Shown in pieces: positions 39,891 to 53,800 of a DNA stretch of 64,000 bases. Source of the DNA: Phoronis australis (Eukaryota > Animalia > Phoronida); the NCBI GenBank assembly GCA_002633005.1, contig NMRA01000665.1, forward strand, positions 124,001 through 188,000, read 5' to 3'. The notes below the pieces were generated by a model. That model made no database searches. It saw only the letters and a program-made list of their open reading frames with translations, and was not told the origin of the DNA. Numbering within the stretch: position 1 is the first letter of the stretch; every line of letters begins with the position of its first letter. Both the position numbers and the translations under genes were made by a program.

Positions 39891-40747
39891 TCTGCATAGC
39901 GACTGAGAAACCTGTTTTGATAACATGTAACCCTCAACATATCCAAAAATTCAAAAAATTCTAATTAGATGGCATCACTTTTGGGCCAATTTTTTCAAAT
40001 GTGCAGGATGTTTACATGTACTTTCATAATCCAGTGATGTTGGAAGTCCAAAACTGACTGGGAAGCGGTGATTTTGGGTTAAAAACAATTGATTTTGTAA
40101 CTTGTTTTTCGGAGCCTGTGTCTAGTTGCATTAAATAGTTCCAAATAGGGAGGCAATCATGGCGTATTAGTGGACTTTTGAAAATAATGGTTGTGCTTTC
40201 TTATTCTGTTTTAGTTTCATTACTAATTCGAATTGTGCCTGTATTACAAATATAGAGTGATCTCTACCTTGAATTCTCAATATTCATGAAGATAGGTAGG
40301 GGTCTCTTCATGCAACACCCTAATTCAAGGACTAGGTCCCTATTTATATTGATTGAATTAAGGGGTCATGTTTATCTCAATAGTCAAAGAAGAGCTCATA
40401 TTTTAGATAAAGTGACTGAAAAGATTAGATGTGTGAGTAAAGACTGGCACAATTATGCAAAAATATTTAGGGACCACGTCCCTATTTAGGACTCTTTCAT
40501 GCAATTGGGCACTAGCTTCCGTTTCGTTGGAGTGATAGGGCCAAAAATATGAGACAGAACAGAATGAGTGTGGCCATGTGTAGTGTTTCTGATGTGAAAG
40601 TACTCGCAACTTGTTCTCTTGTTCGCAAAGTTTTGGACTGAGTGAAATAAAACCAACAAATCCAATGATGTTTGGCCAGCCAAGCAAAACCCGGACAAAA
40701 CAGCACAAAACTGGACTTACCGCCACCTTTTCCACAATAACTAGCTG

Positions 40748-40824
40748 CAATATATCCGAGGAATGCCAATATATCCGAGGAATGCCAAGATATCCGAGGA
40801 ATGCCAATATATCCGAGGAATGCC
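40748..40824. repeat. 19-bp minisatellite CAATATATCCGAGGAATGC x4
   Basis: Four near-identical units (one T>G change). Confidence 0.95.
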
Positions 40825-42157
40825 TCAATAAGTTAAGACAAATCGATGTTCAGAGACCAAGATTGGTACGTAAAGGAACGAAAGAAAATAAAACTGAACG
40901 AAAATAAAAACCCTGACCAGTCTAGCATTATTCATCGTAAATGGCGGTGTCTGTTAATCTCGAATCCATTCTTCGCTATTAAATGTAGTTCGACAGCATC
41001 AACTAAGCCATCTGGTATTTGATCCAAAGAAGTAATGGTAACTCCGATGCCTCCAGCGGAGAAGAATCATCGGGAAAGAAACGTGGAGTTGCGAAGGACT
41101 TCTGACAGAACGGAGATACGTCAATAGTCTATTGAGAAAGCGACATGAGGTGGCAACTCGTACGCTAACATTTGGTCTACACTCTCCCTAACTCTATTAG
41201 CGCGCCTAAGCCAGAATGCGACTATCACGTCCTTTTATAAAAGTTAATGCGCGCGCTTCAACCGCCCAGCTTACAAAAAACGTATTCGCTATATTTTCTC
41301 TGATAATGCACTGATTTTCGAAAAGTTGAAGACGTCTAATCTTGTATTTAAATAGAGTCTTTTAGGTTATTTGCCTTACTTACTGTTCGTTTCTTAACTC
41401 TGAAACTAATACGCTAAACAGGTGCATTGGTGGACTTATCTCATGCATCACATTCGGCCAAGCGCAAAAATAGCGATAAGCTCACTACGGTATGTGAAGG
41501 CGACGTGAAGTCGCACAACCAAAGACATAACTTAATAAAGAAAGAAATGTGCCAAACACCTTTTTTATTGTTTAATACTTACTCGTTTATTTATACAAAA
41601 ATGGAACTTTTTTAAAACCACGTTTTCACTGTAGTGTTGACTTTAGGCGAGCAAACGTGGAGCCCAGCAAATACTGTTTGTATAGTCGGTGTCTTCTGTG
41701 AAATTGTCGTTTCCATACGGACACGAATGCGCATTTCCGTACGGACACGAAGGTGGTCATATGGAAACGGTGATGTCGCAATATACCACGACTCATGTTT
41801 AAAAGAACACTAAACCATGTTTTGATGATTTCAACCAAACTAAAAACTCACATCCCCTGCTTTACAAATTGGACATTATGGTCAGTGGTGGGTGATCCTT
41901 TCCCAAAGTTTCCGTGTAATTTGCTTAAAGCGTAGATTACACTTGCTCGTTTGTCAGACTTTGAAAGGAGTTTCAAATTTTCCTCAAAACTTTTGAAAGT
42001 TGTCGAGGCTTACAGGTCATTATCTTGTTTCAGAGAACTAGACGGGGAAGTCGTTTTTAGCGTCTGTTTTAACAGGGTTTGGTACCCTTTCAACAAAGTG
42101 CGGGTCGCAGTACTCAAAGACGCTGTGGGAGGAAGGCTTTAATAGAATTTAGCATAC

Positions 42158-42214
42158 CTTTTCGAATTTAATCAGAAGAGCCATCACCACAGGCAGCACC
42201 ATTGTCCACTTCAT
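42158..42214 (-). CDS. Putative signal-peptide exon of the secreted/TSP1 gene
   Basis: ATG at 42214 gives MKWTMVLPVVMALLIKFEK, then donor AAG|gtatgc (phase 0). Spliced to 37595 it reads ...FEKNAVA-QD, a plausible signal peptidase site. Confidence 0.4.
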
Positions 42215-42523
42215 CTCTGTCCCCAGCACCAGCAGAAGACTAACAACAGCCAGTCTTACCTGCTTTTGTACGTTACACACGTTACACGGCACATGACTAG
42301 GGGACCACGTGATCAATCTGCCACGCATTGAAAATTCACGATTACACGGGACCGCGGTTTCGTCCACCATCTTTCCATTCCCATGCGCTTCCCATGTAAT
42401 TGTACGGAATAGTACTACCAATCAGATGACTTAGCTGGTTTATCCGGCCGAACCAGGGAAATCAACCAAGTTCAGTCAGTGCTTGGACAACGAAGCTTTT
42501 AGATTATTCATGAAGTTACACGC

Positions 42524-42579
42524 ATGCTTTCACTCATCGGATCTCGGCTTCATGCTTTCACTCATCGGATCTCAGCTTC
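42524..42579. repeat. 28-bp tandem duplication
   Basis: catgctttcactcatcggatctc(g/a)gctt occurs twice. Confidence 0.85.
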
Positions 42580-43202
42580 GCTGGTCAGTCGACGTCTTTT
42601 GTATTTAACAACACCAATAGTGATGCTGGAGTGGATTTAGTACCAACATGGCATAGCTTGCAAAGTACTGGATTTTTACCAACAACATCGGCATCTTACA
42701 GCGCTCCAAAACTGAGCATCGGTCGTTCTCAGGAAGAAAAATGGGTTGCCGACAGCTCTGAGTATGTTGAGAATGCGAATGTCATCATTGCAGTCTTTCG
42801 ACAATGAAGTCGATATATTTCGAAATATATCTGAAGTACAACCTTAAACCAAACTTCGTCTCGCGCCATTGATAACCCTTTATTGTTACCAAAATGAAAG
42901 AAATTTTCCCATTAAGATGAGTAATCAATTTAGTTTGTTAAAGAAATGTTCTGAAACTCGTCTTGGAGTCACAATGTCCACGTCTTAAAGTGAAATAGTA
43001 CGCAAAACCAGAATAGATTGCATTACGCAAAGTGGTACTCTGTCACTGAAACAAAAGTCAAAGAGTTCAACATGTATTTTTAGTTTTTTCGTAAAGATTA
43101 TGAACTTCTGATGACGTCAAACCATTTCTCATCCAGTTTCACCTGTTGTTTAGCTGGTAGTTCATTTCAGATTTTCATTACGTGACACTTCACGTGGGCT
43201 AT

Positions 43203-43234
43203 AAAACAAAACAAAACAAAACAAAACAAAACAA
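43203..43234. repeat. (AAAAC)n microsatellite
   Basis: Directly visible. Confidence 0.9.
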
Positions 43235-46200
43235 GATAAAATTGAGAAGAAAGAAGGACACCTTGCATCAGAAAGTGAACAGGGAAGCAGTAAAACTTGG
43301 GCGGCGAACCATATGGGGCTGGGGGAGGGCTATAGACCCCTTATTTCAATGCTGCACCGCCTATGAAGATGGGCAGCGCACCCGATAGGGCGCTGGGAAG
43401 CTATAGCCACCCCCTTATTTCCGTATGGCTTAAGATCATGTAACGGCAACATCAAAACTGAAAAATCTTTATCTTTCAAACCTCCAAAGTAAAGTCTTAA
43501 TTTTTGAGAGCTTGGAGCCGAAAGACCTTTACCAAAAATCCTTATTTCGCTGTTGTAACTAAAATGCACAAACACAACTATTTGCTAAGTTACCTGAAAG
43601 CTTGCACGTCCGTGGAAGTTTCAACGACAACTGTGAAAATTTGGACCACACGTCTACAAATTATCTTCACACACAAAAATACGTTTCTTGCATCCTCATG
43701 GACTCGGAAATACACGACTTTATATATTAGAAAACATAATAACGGTCATATATGTGGAGGACCCCAGTAGAAAAATATCAAGCTTAGCCTACTTAGAAAT
43801 ATCACATCTCATAAATGGCTGATCGCATTCATATGAAACCTTATGCACTGTTCTCTAACACAATGACAAAAATTGTTTTTAAATTGTTCCACTTGTGTAT
43901 AAGGGAATATAAAACGATATAACTTCTATAATTTTTATTTAAAAAAATCAAAAGTTGTATACAACGAAAACGAAAGAACAAACATAGAAACTGTAAAAGT
44001 ATCCTGAACATTTACATCAACTGAAAGTTGATCACGTTATTGATTCTTTTGTTTTGTACGTATTTTCTTCTTAAATTTTATTAAAAAACACGACCACGTG
44101 ATAGAAGTAATAAACAAGGCTTTTACATTCAGGATGTATACACTTTTACTGAGTTAAATTCTACAATTTCCTCGATATAGGGCACCACATGATCTTTTAG
44201 GAAAGTTGATCCTTGTTATGGAATGTACTGTAGGCAGAAAAGCCCTGTTAACATTCACAGAACGTGTAAGGGTAACACAACGCACATTTTGTTGGGTTTG
44301 GACTTCATTCAGCACATGGATGGGGAGCAAAGGTCATGAAGAGGGATGGGTTCTGAAAGTCCCGTTTCAAACGTGAAAAGCTTACGGAAGGCCATGCAAT
44401 CTCATGCGAGGAAATGGCGTGTGTTTCACGGGTAATCTTTGTCCCTACAGGCATACACTAGTGAAATGACCGACGATTGAAGTTTTTTATTGACCAAGCA
44501 GGATTGTTTCCGTTCCATGAGCAAAGATTTCTCGTTATGACTCGCTAGCCTGTGTACTGTGTGTTTCAATAACTAAAGATGACTTGTAACATTTGATATA
44601 TAAATGTAGATGTTGGCAAAACTTATATTTAATAGAAAGCGCGTCTTCTTTATGTACTGTTAGACGCATTCCACGGTTTTGTAATGGACGCGACATTTTG
44701 ACTTTTTAATGCATTCCATCTTACAAAATGAAATTTTAAGCTTGGTGGGAGTGTTTAAGATATCAAAAGTTTTTTAACCCTGCATATGTTCAGTACATTA
44801 GAAACGGTAAGTATAACACCTGTAAGATAGGTTCTTTTGAAAAAATCGGCGATATATATCCTGTACAAAGATTAAACAAATAATTCAACAATTTTAGTTA
44901 TAATGTGATAAGATTCTAACACATAGTTCAAAATAATATTGATGAAATACACGACACGTGTCCTTATTAACAGTCTTTCTTCCGTTCCGTTCGTATCATC
45001 GGAACAAAATTCTACTCTCAACAGAACATTGGAGAAGCATAATAATATAACTCTGATTTATTCTAAAAATCTATGTGTACGAAGAAGATCAGCACATATT
45101 TATACGTTAAAAAGAATAACCATCCGAAGCACTAAGCTCATTTATCCGCAACCCCACGCAAAAGACATTTAGGATATTTCTATTCTGTGGCATTTTGTGT
45201 GCATTTGATTCACTCAAATGGCTGCTACAACTCCTGCCTCCCGTTCAGTAACGCTAGACCTCGCTAAAAAGCAAGACTTCGCGAGATTACGTGAGATATG
45301 GCCGTGTATTTTGAATGAGAGCACGTGACTTTGACTTGGGTTTAGCTAGGTCCTAGCCTAGGTCCTAGCGTCTACTGAACTCACGCCTGGTTAATGCTGA
45401 CGTCACGTCCGTTACTGTCACGTCCGTTACACACTATATTTTAAGAATGCCCAGAGTTGTACAAACACAATGTTTTTTTTCAAAAATCTTTGTTTGATTA
45501 TATAGCCAAATAAGTGTAAGTATAATCTATATGCATGTAGAAACCTATTACAGAATATAAAAGACAGACTAGATTTTTAACATGAACTAACATGAGAAAA
45601 TTGAGAAAGACACTTGTGATAACACCTGTATAACTTATTAAAATCATTTTAAGGTTCTGGAAATGAGTAGAATTAAAAAGTCGTGATACCGTAATCACAA
45701 AAGCCGCGTAGGTTACATATGCCTAGAATCTCTTGTAGCTGTCGTGCTTCACTATTTACAAACGATAATTTGAACTTAGAGTGCCACGTCTGTTGCAAAA
45801 TAAATAGTGGAGCACACCATACTTTGTTAAAAAGTTCGGTGTATATGATTATGGGATACTACCAGCAAGCTGATTACTGTATTTCAAAGTCATTCAGTAT
45901 ATAATTCTAACGGGCCTGTTTTATTGAACAATCCCTGATGTAATTACACCTCGTGACTACACCTCAGGTGCTTGATAAAGTCCTACATGCAGGGCACTTA
46001 TTCACGGCAGGTGCACCACGTCAAACTCGCGTCCTCACTTCGAACATAATCTATGACGTGTCCGACACTCACGAGAGAACTACTTTTTGTAATTTCTTGG
46101 TCAAAGTACAAAGCTGAAAATTACATGTAATCAAATACAGGGAGGTAATGGAACTTCACGTTCTTCTGTATAGCTAAATATTTGGATTTTCATTTCAATG

Positions 46201-47964
46201 TTTTTTAAAACATTCACGGCATCCAACCGCCCTGGGTGTATGATATGTGTTTTTTGATTGCGTATCATATTGCAACTTGCGGCTAACTCAAGTGCGCAGC
46301 TAACCAGCTGGTGAGATGGTACATGGGTAGGTAAATGACTAGGTGCAAAAGAGGACAGTGCATTGCAAAATCATTTGGGTCCGTTACGTCAAACGGCCGT
46401 GACCTCGATCGTACCCGATTCGTAGGAGTGATTGTGCTTGTAGTCGTTTCTTTTTTCATTGCAAGTAGAATGTTAATTCAACATTAGACCGAATTCACAC
46501 ATAACATACATGTCAACCCTCATTTACATGTACGTTAGCGAATGGTCATATGAAACAGTATCGGTGTACAACGGCTGTGAAGCGCGGCAAGTAATCAACC
46601 CGTCCTCACTTTTGTATCCCATCTGCGTCCCCCCGTCGCCACAAATTTTGCCAAACTCTTCTCTCGCACTCGACATTTCCAAAAAATGCTACATAGACTT
46701 AAAATTTTTAATGGATTTTCAGTGGCAAAAAGCGAAGAAATTTAGTACCGTGGCGACGGTAAAATTAGCGTTTTTGCGTAGCAAGTGCGTAAATTGCATA
46801 GCAGTTGACATGTATGACTTAATAAACGAGGTGCTCACAAATAATGGTCTCTTTTTCCTCCTTCAGATTCATTAAAAATGAGCAACTGCTAAGAGGCCTG
46901 AGCATTTTGAGGTTTGTACTGAGTTTAAAGGCTGCAAATGACGTTTTCTTGATTTCTGAGCCTGTTTCAATGAGAAAAAGGTATCCGCCAACCATTTGGC
47001 CTATTTTTTCAAGTTCTGGTTTTTCTTAATTCGTCACTTACTGCATCTATTTTGGATATTGAAATTCTGCAGGGAAATTCGATGTCAGAAACTGACTTAG
47101 TGGGGTTCTGTAAACGATAGGTACGTGTACAGTGTATGCTTTGTGTCTTTGTGTGCAGGGAACGTAATGATTATTTCCAGTTATCAATTTGCTATTAAAA
47201 GACAATTAAAACAAACCAGATGTGTTATATGTTTGATACAATAATGCCATTTAAAAAAGCTTTCAAACTATGGTGGATAACTTTGGGTATATTGCAATTA
47301 ACAAAGGCCTTCATTGGCTAATCCATGCTCTGTGTGCTCAGTGCATCGAAACAAGTCCTACTAGCTTTACTACACGTACCTAATTCCATCTCACATTTTT
47401 TTGAGTTGCGGTCAGAATGATTATGATTTTCTGACAGGCCGATTGCCTACCAAAATCACGTGAATTTCCCTAATAATAGCATGTGCTGTTATTTTGCCTT
47501 GAACTGTTACGAAGTTGAGTACCTCTAACATGATCAGGTGACAGCAAGGTGACGCAAATAACTTTTAAGTAAATATGCTTCTATTATTAGTTTAAACTCA
47601 CAATTAAAATTGCATGCAGGTATAGAAACTTTAAATTATTATTCCCGCAGATTTTTTTAAACAAAACTTTTGAGGTACACTTCACCCACTTCAGGTTTGG
47701 GAAACATGAGACAGTTTAGCATGGAGCCAGAGTCCTCTGTGAGCTGACTCATTATCATGGATTGGGAGTTGTGGTTTTGTCTGCAAACTGAGATTCTGTG
47801 CTTCTATGTTACACTTGAAGAAATGGTAAAATATTGAGAAATTCATCCTGAAATCGGTTTAATTGTACTTTGTGCACGATTTTTAAGCCTTTTGACAAAG
47901 TCTTAATTCTTCAGGTTCGGTTCATCTTTAGAGAAATGTGAAGCTGCTTGTACCTGTATTTTTC

Positions 47965-50802
47965 GGATTGTTCTAAAAGCCCCTCGACCCTCATACCTCC
48001 CGACCCACGACCCCCTCAACCCACGATCCTCGACCCACGAATACCTTGACCCACGACATGTGGCAATAGAGGTACTTTGGCGATTTTCACATATTTCATA
48101 ATCTTATTACATCGCTGAGTGACTTTGCAATAAGGCATACCTGCACGCCAGTCTGCTCTGGCTCAAGGCTGGTGATTAAAAACAGAAAGTGGCGTGTGGA
48201 CGTGATCTGAAATAGTGCATTGTGAGCGCGCTATCGTTGTCATGGAAATAGCTCCACGAGGATCTACCGATGGTCCAGTTGTACTAAACTTAGGGATAGA
48301 GTACGCCCCCAGAAAGCCCAGATGTTCAAAAATGTTCTTAAAAAATTGTTTGAGCTCACTAGCACTCAAATAGGTCACTAGATTATGGAAAAATTAAAAG
48401 AAAAATTGCACTCAATGACCTCGTTTTTTACAATGCTGCAATTTTGCAACAGTGGGAGCCGATAGTAGCAAATGCATCATGTTTATCGTGACATTTGTTT
48501 GAGAAATCACCACAAGACAACATCAGATGAAACACTCTTTACCCTACAATTAATCTAATTAACAGAAAAAAAACTTCGAACTTCCCATTTTACTGGTAAA
48601 GTATACTAGTAGAGTTCAGTAGTTCACATACAATTCCTGTAATGCTGTGAACACAATGTGTTCAAAGATTTTTTGGTAGCCTCTATGGGCAAGAGATTCA
48701 CACTGTTGCAGCTAAACATCACACAATTTACTCAATGGGATATAGACGGAATGAGTTTTTGGTGAAGTGAAGCACAGATTAAGTTCACCTTTCTCTCACA
48801 CACTTCCAGTAATGCCGTTAACGCAGTACTTGCACTAACCTCTTTTAGCATCCTTCATGGGTCAGGGATCAATACCATCGCAGCTAACGTCATGCGGAAC
48901 AACTTGTCATCTTAACGAGCGCAGATTTTGGCCATTTAACATCATCCAACGAAGGGTGGCCTCGCCTGCTAGCTTTGCACATGATCAGTGATGTAGCAGT
49001 CTTGACCTGGAAAGTTCTCCGCTGCATGAGTTATTCTACAGGCATTTGAGGAGCACAAAGTTTTGGTACAACATAAAAGCATTGACCACCTTCCGGATGT
49101 GATGCCGTACTTGTACTTTGAGCATCCAACAGGTCGACACCACCGACAAACTTATTGTACTAGCTGCACACAAAATGGCCTTGGAATTTAGACATGGGCC
49201 TTAAATCTCTTGTCCCATATTCTAACATTTTCAACTGGAATAGCACCAACAAAAGGTGAAATGACAGTTACTGGCTTGTTGTCATACCAGTGCACAACGC
49301 AGACGTTTTTCGCCGACCTCGACTGTTTCTTCAAACGAACCTCTTCTTTAAATTTTTCAAACTGCACCCACGGCTCATATACTAGTAGTGGTTCATCGTC
49401 ACTGTCAGAGCTCTCATTATCGCCACCAAGTTGCTGGGGAACGAAGTCATCGTCATCGTCATCGTCATCGTCACCAATACCACCATCATCATCGTCATCA
49501 CAATAACTACGCCTTCCAAATGACTCTCACCTCCATCTAACAAATGTAACGAATCACCCAAACAGGAAGCTTTCCTTGTCGTTTTAAATCTAAAAATTAG
49601 TAAGGAAATCGATTAGGCAATTCAATTTTGGTGCTACATTTCGTGTTTAAGAGTAAACATTTTAAGAAATTGCGAGTAATGAACAATAACGTGAATTCAT
49701 AAACACGCTGGTTGAGATCCCGTACAATCATGATGTTGAATGTGATGCCGAAGAATGAACGACCCACTAACACAAAAAGCCAAATGTTTATTTCATTTAC
49801 GCAAACATTAAAATCTAACAAGTCAAATTTACACACTTTTTAGAAGAATAAATTTACTGGTCAAAAGAAACAAACTAGTGCACTTTTGTTAAAAAACATT
49901 AACATTAACTGGGGTCAAACAAAAAAATTAACACAACTGTTGTCTGAACCCGGTGTTGCAATTATGCAACATGGCTCTTCAGGACAAGCACACTCAAATA
50001 ACAAACCATTATTCAACACAAAGTATATACCACTAAGTAATATGTTATTTAATGGTGACAATGCATAACACTGAAATAATAAATTTACCTGGACTGTGTA
50101 GACAATGCCTTTGCTTTTTGCTCACCGGACAGCTTACAACAAGGGGGCAGACATCAATTAGTTTGCTCATTTGTCAAGAGAGGTTATTCGCAGTGTAGCT
50201 TTAGTGCAACAATGGGCCTTCTAGAGTACACAATCAATAATATGAGTGAAAAAATGATTGTGAAATTAATAATACATTATCAAAGTTGTGTTGCAATACT
50301 GCAACACGGGGTCTTCTGGGGCTTTAATTTACATGTACGTACATAATTTCACATTTTGATTGGTTGTTTTTTTGTTGTAAAGTCGTTTACAATGTACTCA
50401 ATATAAAATTGAAATACTTTTTAGTTAACAGTTTGTTTTTTTTCAAACTGTAGTACTGATGAAATTACAGTTTTGTCAGCACCTCGCACTCAGGTTAAAA
50501 AATGTAAAATCTACCATTCACTGAAGAGCAGACGAGACGATTACACTTTGCCGGGAACGACATCTGTAATGTTGCCTGGTCTTTGATTTTCTGTTTTTGG
50601 CTTTCAAACTACTCGAATTATGTCTCTTAATTGGAAAAAGCAGTTTTAACTGCTTTTAAAAAAGCAAGGCGAGCTTACGTCCCAACTCATTGGTTCAGAT
50701 CTAGTCGAGCATGTGTAGATTAGGTCGAAGAGGTTGTAGGTAGTGAGCCGATTGGGTCGTGGGGTGTGGGGATCGAGGGTGTCGTGGAGGTTTTAGAACA
50801 AT
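47965..50802. mobile_element. Old TIR element (ISL2EU/Harbinger-like MITE) hosting a nested piggyBac
   Basis: ATTGTTCTAAAA plus (CGACCCACGA)-like repeats at 47967-48056, and the inverted GGGTCGTGG...TTTTAGAACAAT at about 50754-50802. Confidence 0.55.
48306..50321 (-). mobile_element. Internally deleted, decayed piggyBac element with transposase pseudogene (about 48750-49589)
   Basis: Minus strand has an acidic N-terminus (DDDDD..FVP..SSDSDDEPL), then VCVVHWYDNKPVTVISPFVG..IPRPFCV..YNKFVGGVDLLD, and a C-terminal CKYC...NLCF remnant, with stops and frameshifts. Ends CCCCAGAAAGCCC / GGGTCTTCTGGGG. Palindromic TGTTGCA-nnnn-TGCAACA-type repeats near 48433, 49954 and 50290. TTAA TSD not cleanly preserved. 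Confidence 0.88.
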
Positions 50803-53800
50803 GTGTATTGTTCAAGTTCAAAGGGCATTAGCGGTCTTATCTAGGGGTTTATGGTAGATATTTTAGCCCAAAGATGCCTCGACCCCTTGGGGCACGGCCA
50901 CAAACTTGGCGAATCTTAGACTTCGCAAAGTAGTAGTGCTGTAGCCGGTCAAGCATAACCTATTTTTTAGCATCTGGAGGCAAAGTACATGAAGTAGTTC
51001 TGAGTAGAACAAGAAGCTGTCTGCTATCAGTGGGGAGCGTAAAGGTTTCCTGTGCCATAATACTGCGCACATTTCTTGGCAGAGGAAGTTAGAAGTGGAG
51101 GATTTTCAACTTCGACGAATAAACAAAAACAATTCCACTTCACTGATTAAATCACAACAAACATTCACAGATTTACATAAACCCCCCGAGAAATGAGCTG
51201 ATGCATGTTCTGGATGCAAAAATGTGACGATACGCAATTTTAGTGATCAGACTGAAGGCGATCGACAACTTCAGTAACTTTGGCTAATTTTTGTGTGTCA
51301 GATTGCGTGGACCGGAAAAGCGCTATTCATGAATAATCAATACGCAAGCCAGGAGGTCTCCTGAGAGTAATGCCTGTAGGTGCGCACAGTCAAACTCCAC
51401 ACTGTTGCCCTGTTATTGCCGTAATAGGGCAACTACATGTACACGTAGGCATGAGGCAGGTGCGTTTGGACCCCAAGAGATAAAACTTTATTTCGCAGCT
51501 GTAAGGAATTAGTGGCTCTCCATTTTAGACTTGAGATCTAAATACGTCAACGTTAAAACGGAGGACGAAAATTCAGAAAAACAGTCTGATTCACAGAAAA
51601 TGAGTATTTGATTTTTGGTTTAAACTTCAAACGGCTTCTATCGTAGCAGGCTAACTCAATGTTTGTGTTGTCGTACATTAATTGGTGGAATATGTACGCA
51701 CGTATTGTTAAAGGAAGTTGCGATGCAAAGGTGTTCCTATAACTTATTCAAAGCCTGCGTGTTTAAGATGGCTTTGGGGATGCACTGAGTTTTGAACTTA
51801 TACCACTTAACATGGATGTGCGCCTAATGGAGTCGAATTGTAATCCATATGTATATCAGCTAGTCCACTAAACGCTTTTCTGTCCCAGCATAGCTGTCAT
51901 TCTAAACTGTAGGTAAAAAAACGTGAAAGACTCCGTGATTGCTGTGTGCATCGTAAGATAAACATAGACAAAGGCCGTAGCGCCCACAAAAAGTTCAGGC
52001 CTGAACACCGTAGACCTAGGATAGTCTCGAAAAGGCACGATTACACAACATTTGGCAAGATGTCACCATGCGAAGCACCGTGATAGCGTTAGTATTTGCG
52101 ACTGAGTTAGGTCTTGGGGACGCAGCCCTTGTGTCATGAAAGTGACATTTTCAGCGCATGCACTTGGTCACATGGGAGTGCTGCCAAAAACCTTATGTTT
52201 TCACCGAGTAGAATTGCAGTCGATGGTGTCGCCAGATGTGCCGAAATGGTGAAATTCCACAGGTCGTGTGGTTCCGACACGGTGTGGTAAAAAACATTTT
52301 GTCTGAGTTTGTCATGCAGAGGCTGTCGATGTCTCATAAACGTAACAGTCTAAAGTTGACTTAGATGCCCTCCCATATCGATTGAAGATCACGGCTAGAC
52401 TCGTACCGCCTTGCGGAAGCGATGTTCAACAGCGCAGCATAACGCTAAATCGTCGTGGTCGACCGTCCGGATTTTGTATATGGTGCAACTCCAGACGGTC
52501 TGGGCTCAACAGAAAACCACAGTTCAACTGTGAGTCTACACCAATGTGATAAACGAGAGTAGTTGTACCTGTCACGTTAGCTGCAGGTATCATTATCTCT
52601 TTTATGACACGCAATGTATGACTGCATGGGCAAAGCCTTTTCAAACAAGTGTGTATAAACCAGTGGAGCGTGAGACCCCTGAAGTCCCTGTCAATCCTCA
52701 CGACAATTCCACGTTATGGCATTTTCACATTGAACGTTTAGAGGTACAGGCTGTAGTATGACCAACAGGAAAAACTCCAAATTACCACAGTGAGTTGTTT
52801 ATTACCAGTATCTCATTGTTACGGTTGCGTTTCACAGACAAATGAATTTCAGATGCAACACAATGTAGTTCTAAGTTCAATATACGTCATTGTACTTTTG
52901 TATGAACACGAGTTCCGGTAATATTCGTAAAATCGTTTACAACAGAATTACACGTTCACTTAGTTGTTACAGAGCATTTGAGAAGCCAATTTTCTTTAGA
53001 TTGTGACAAGTTAATGCACTGAATGAACTCGATACAAGATCTGACTGCCAGAGAGACTATCAAGTGAACTGTCCTCAAATAGCACAGCACCACAACCATT
53101 CTAAGATATTTACACACAATGCAATGCATGCTTCAAACAGTTGTTCATTTTCTCACGAAAGAATACCAGTTACTTGTTATGAAACCCGTCGTTGGATTGC
53201 TGTCAAACTTTATTGATCCTAGCACTTTGAGTATACAATGCTAGCAATAAGAAGATATCAAAATGACAAAGATTACTGACGGTAACAATAAATTGTCATT
53301 GCTTTGGTTTTGAAAAGAATGTCACACTATGGTGCAGTGCATTATTCTACGTTACCGAAACAGGAGAATTCACTACAGATAGCCTCAAAGGGCTGATTTG
53401 CTATAAATAGAATATTACGTTTAGTAAAATATGCTTTAGTGACTGCAAGAAACTAAGCTAACTAATTACAACAGGGGCCTGTTCCGTGACAAATCGGGCT
53501 TAAAACTTAGGCAAAAACTTAGGTCTTACGCTCCACACAGATATTTCAGAAAAATAATTAAATTTCACTAGGACGAAAGTGCAAAGAATCTTACAGTATA
53601 CGCGTAATTGCTATTTACCAAGACAATTTCTATCAATTGTTTTTTGAGGGTGATGCGTTCATAATTACTTGGTAAACTTTCATTCCACAATTGTGACGTG
53701 GGAGCGCAACACCAAGTTTCTGTCTTAGTCCCTTTCATGATATAAATCTCACACCTCCAAACAAATCAACAAAGGGAAGTTATACCTAAGCTAAACAAGC

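Noticed and set aside
49210-49506. Ser-rich plus-strand ORF
   Set aside because: It is the antisense reading of the Asp-rich piggyBac transposase N-terminus.
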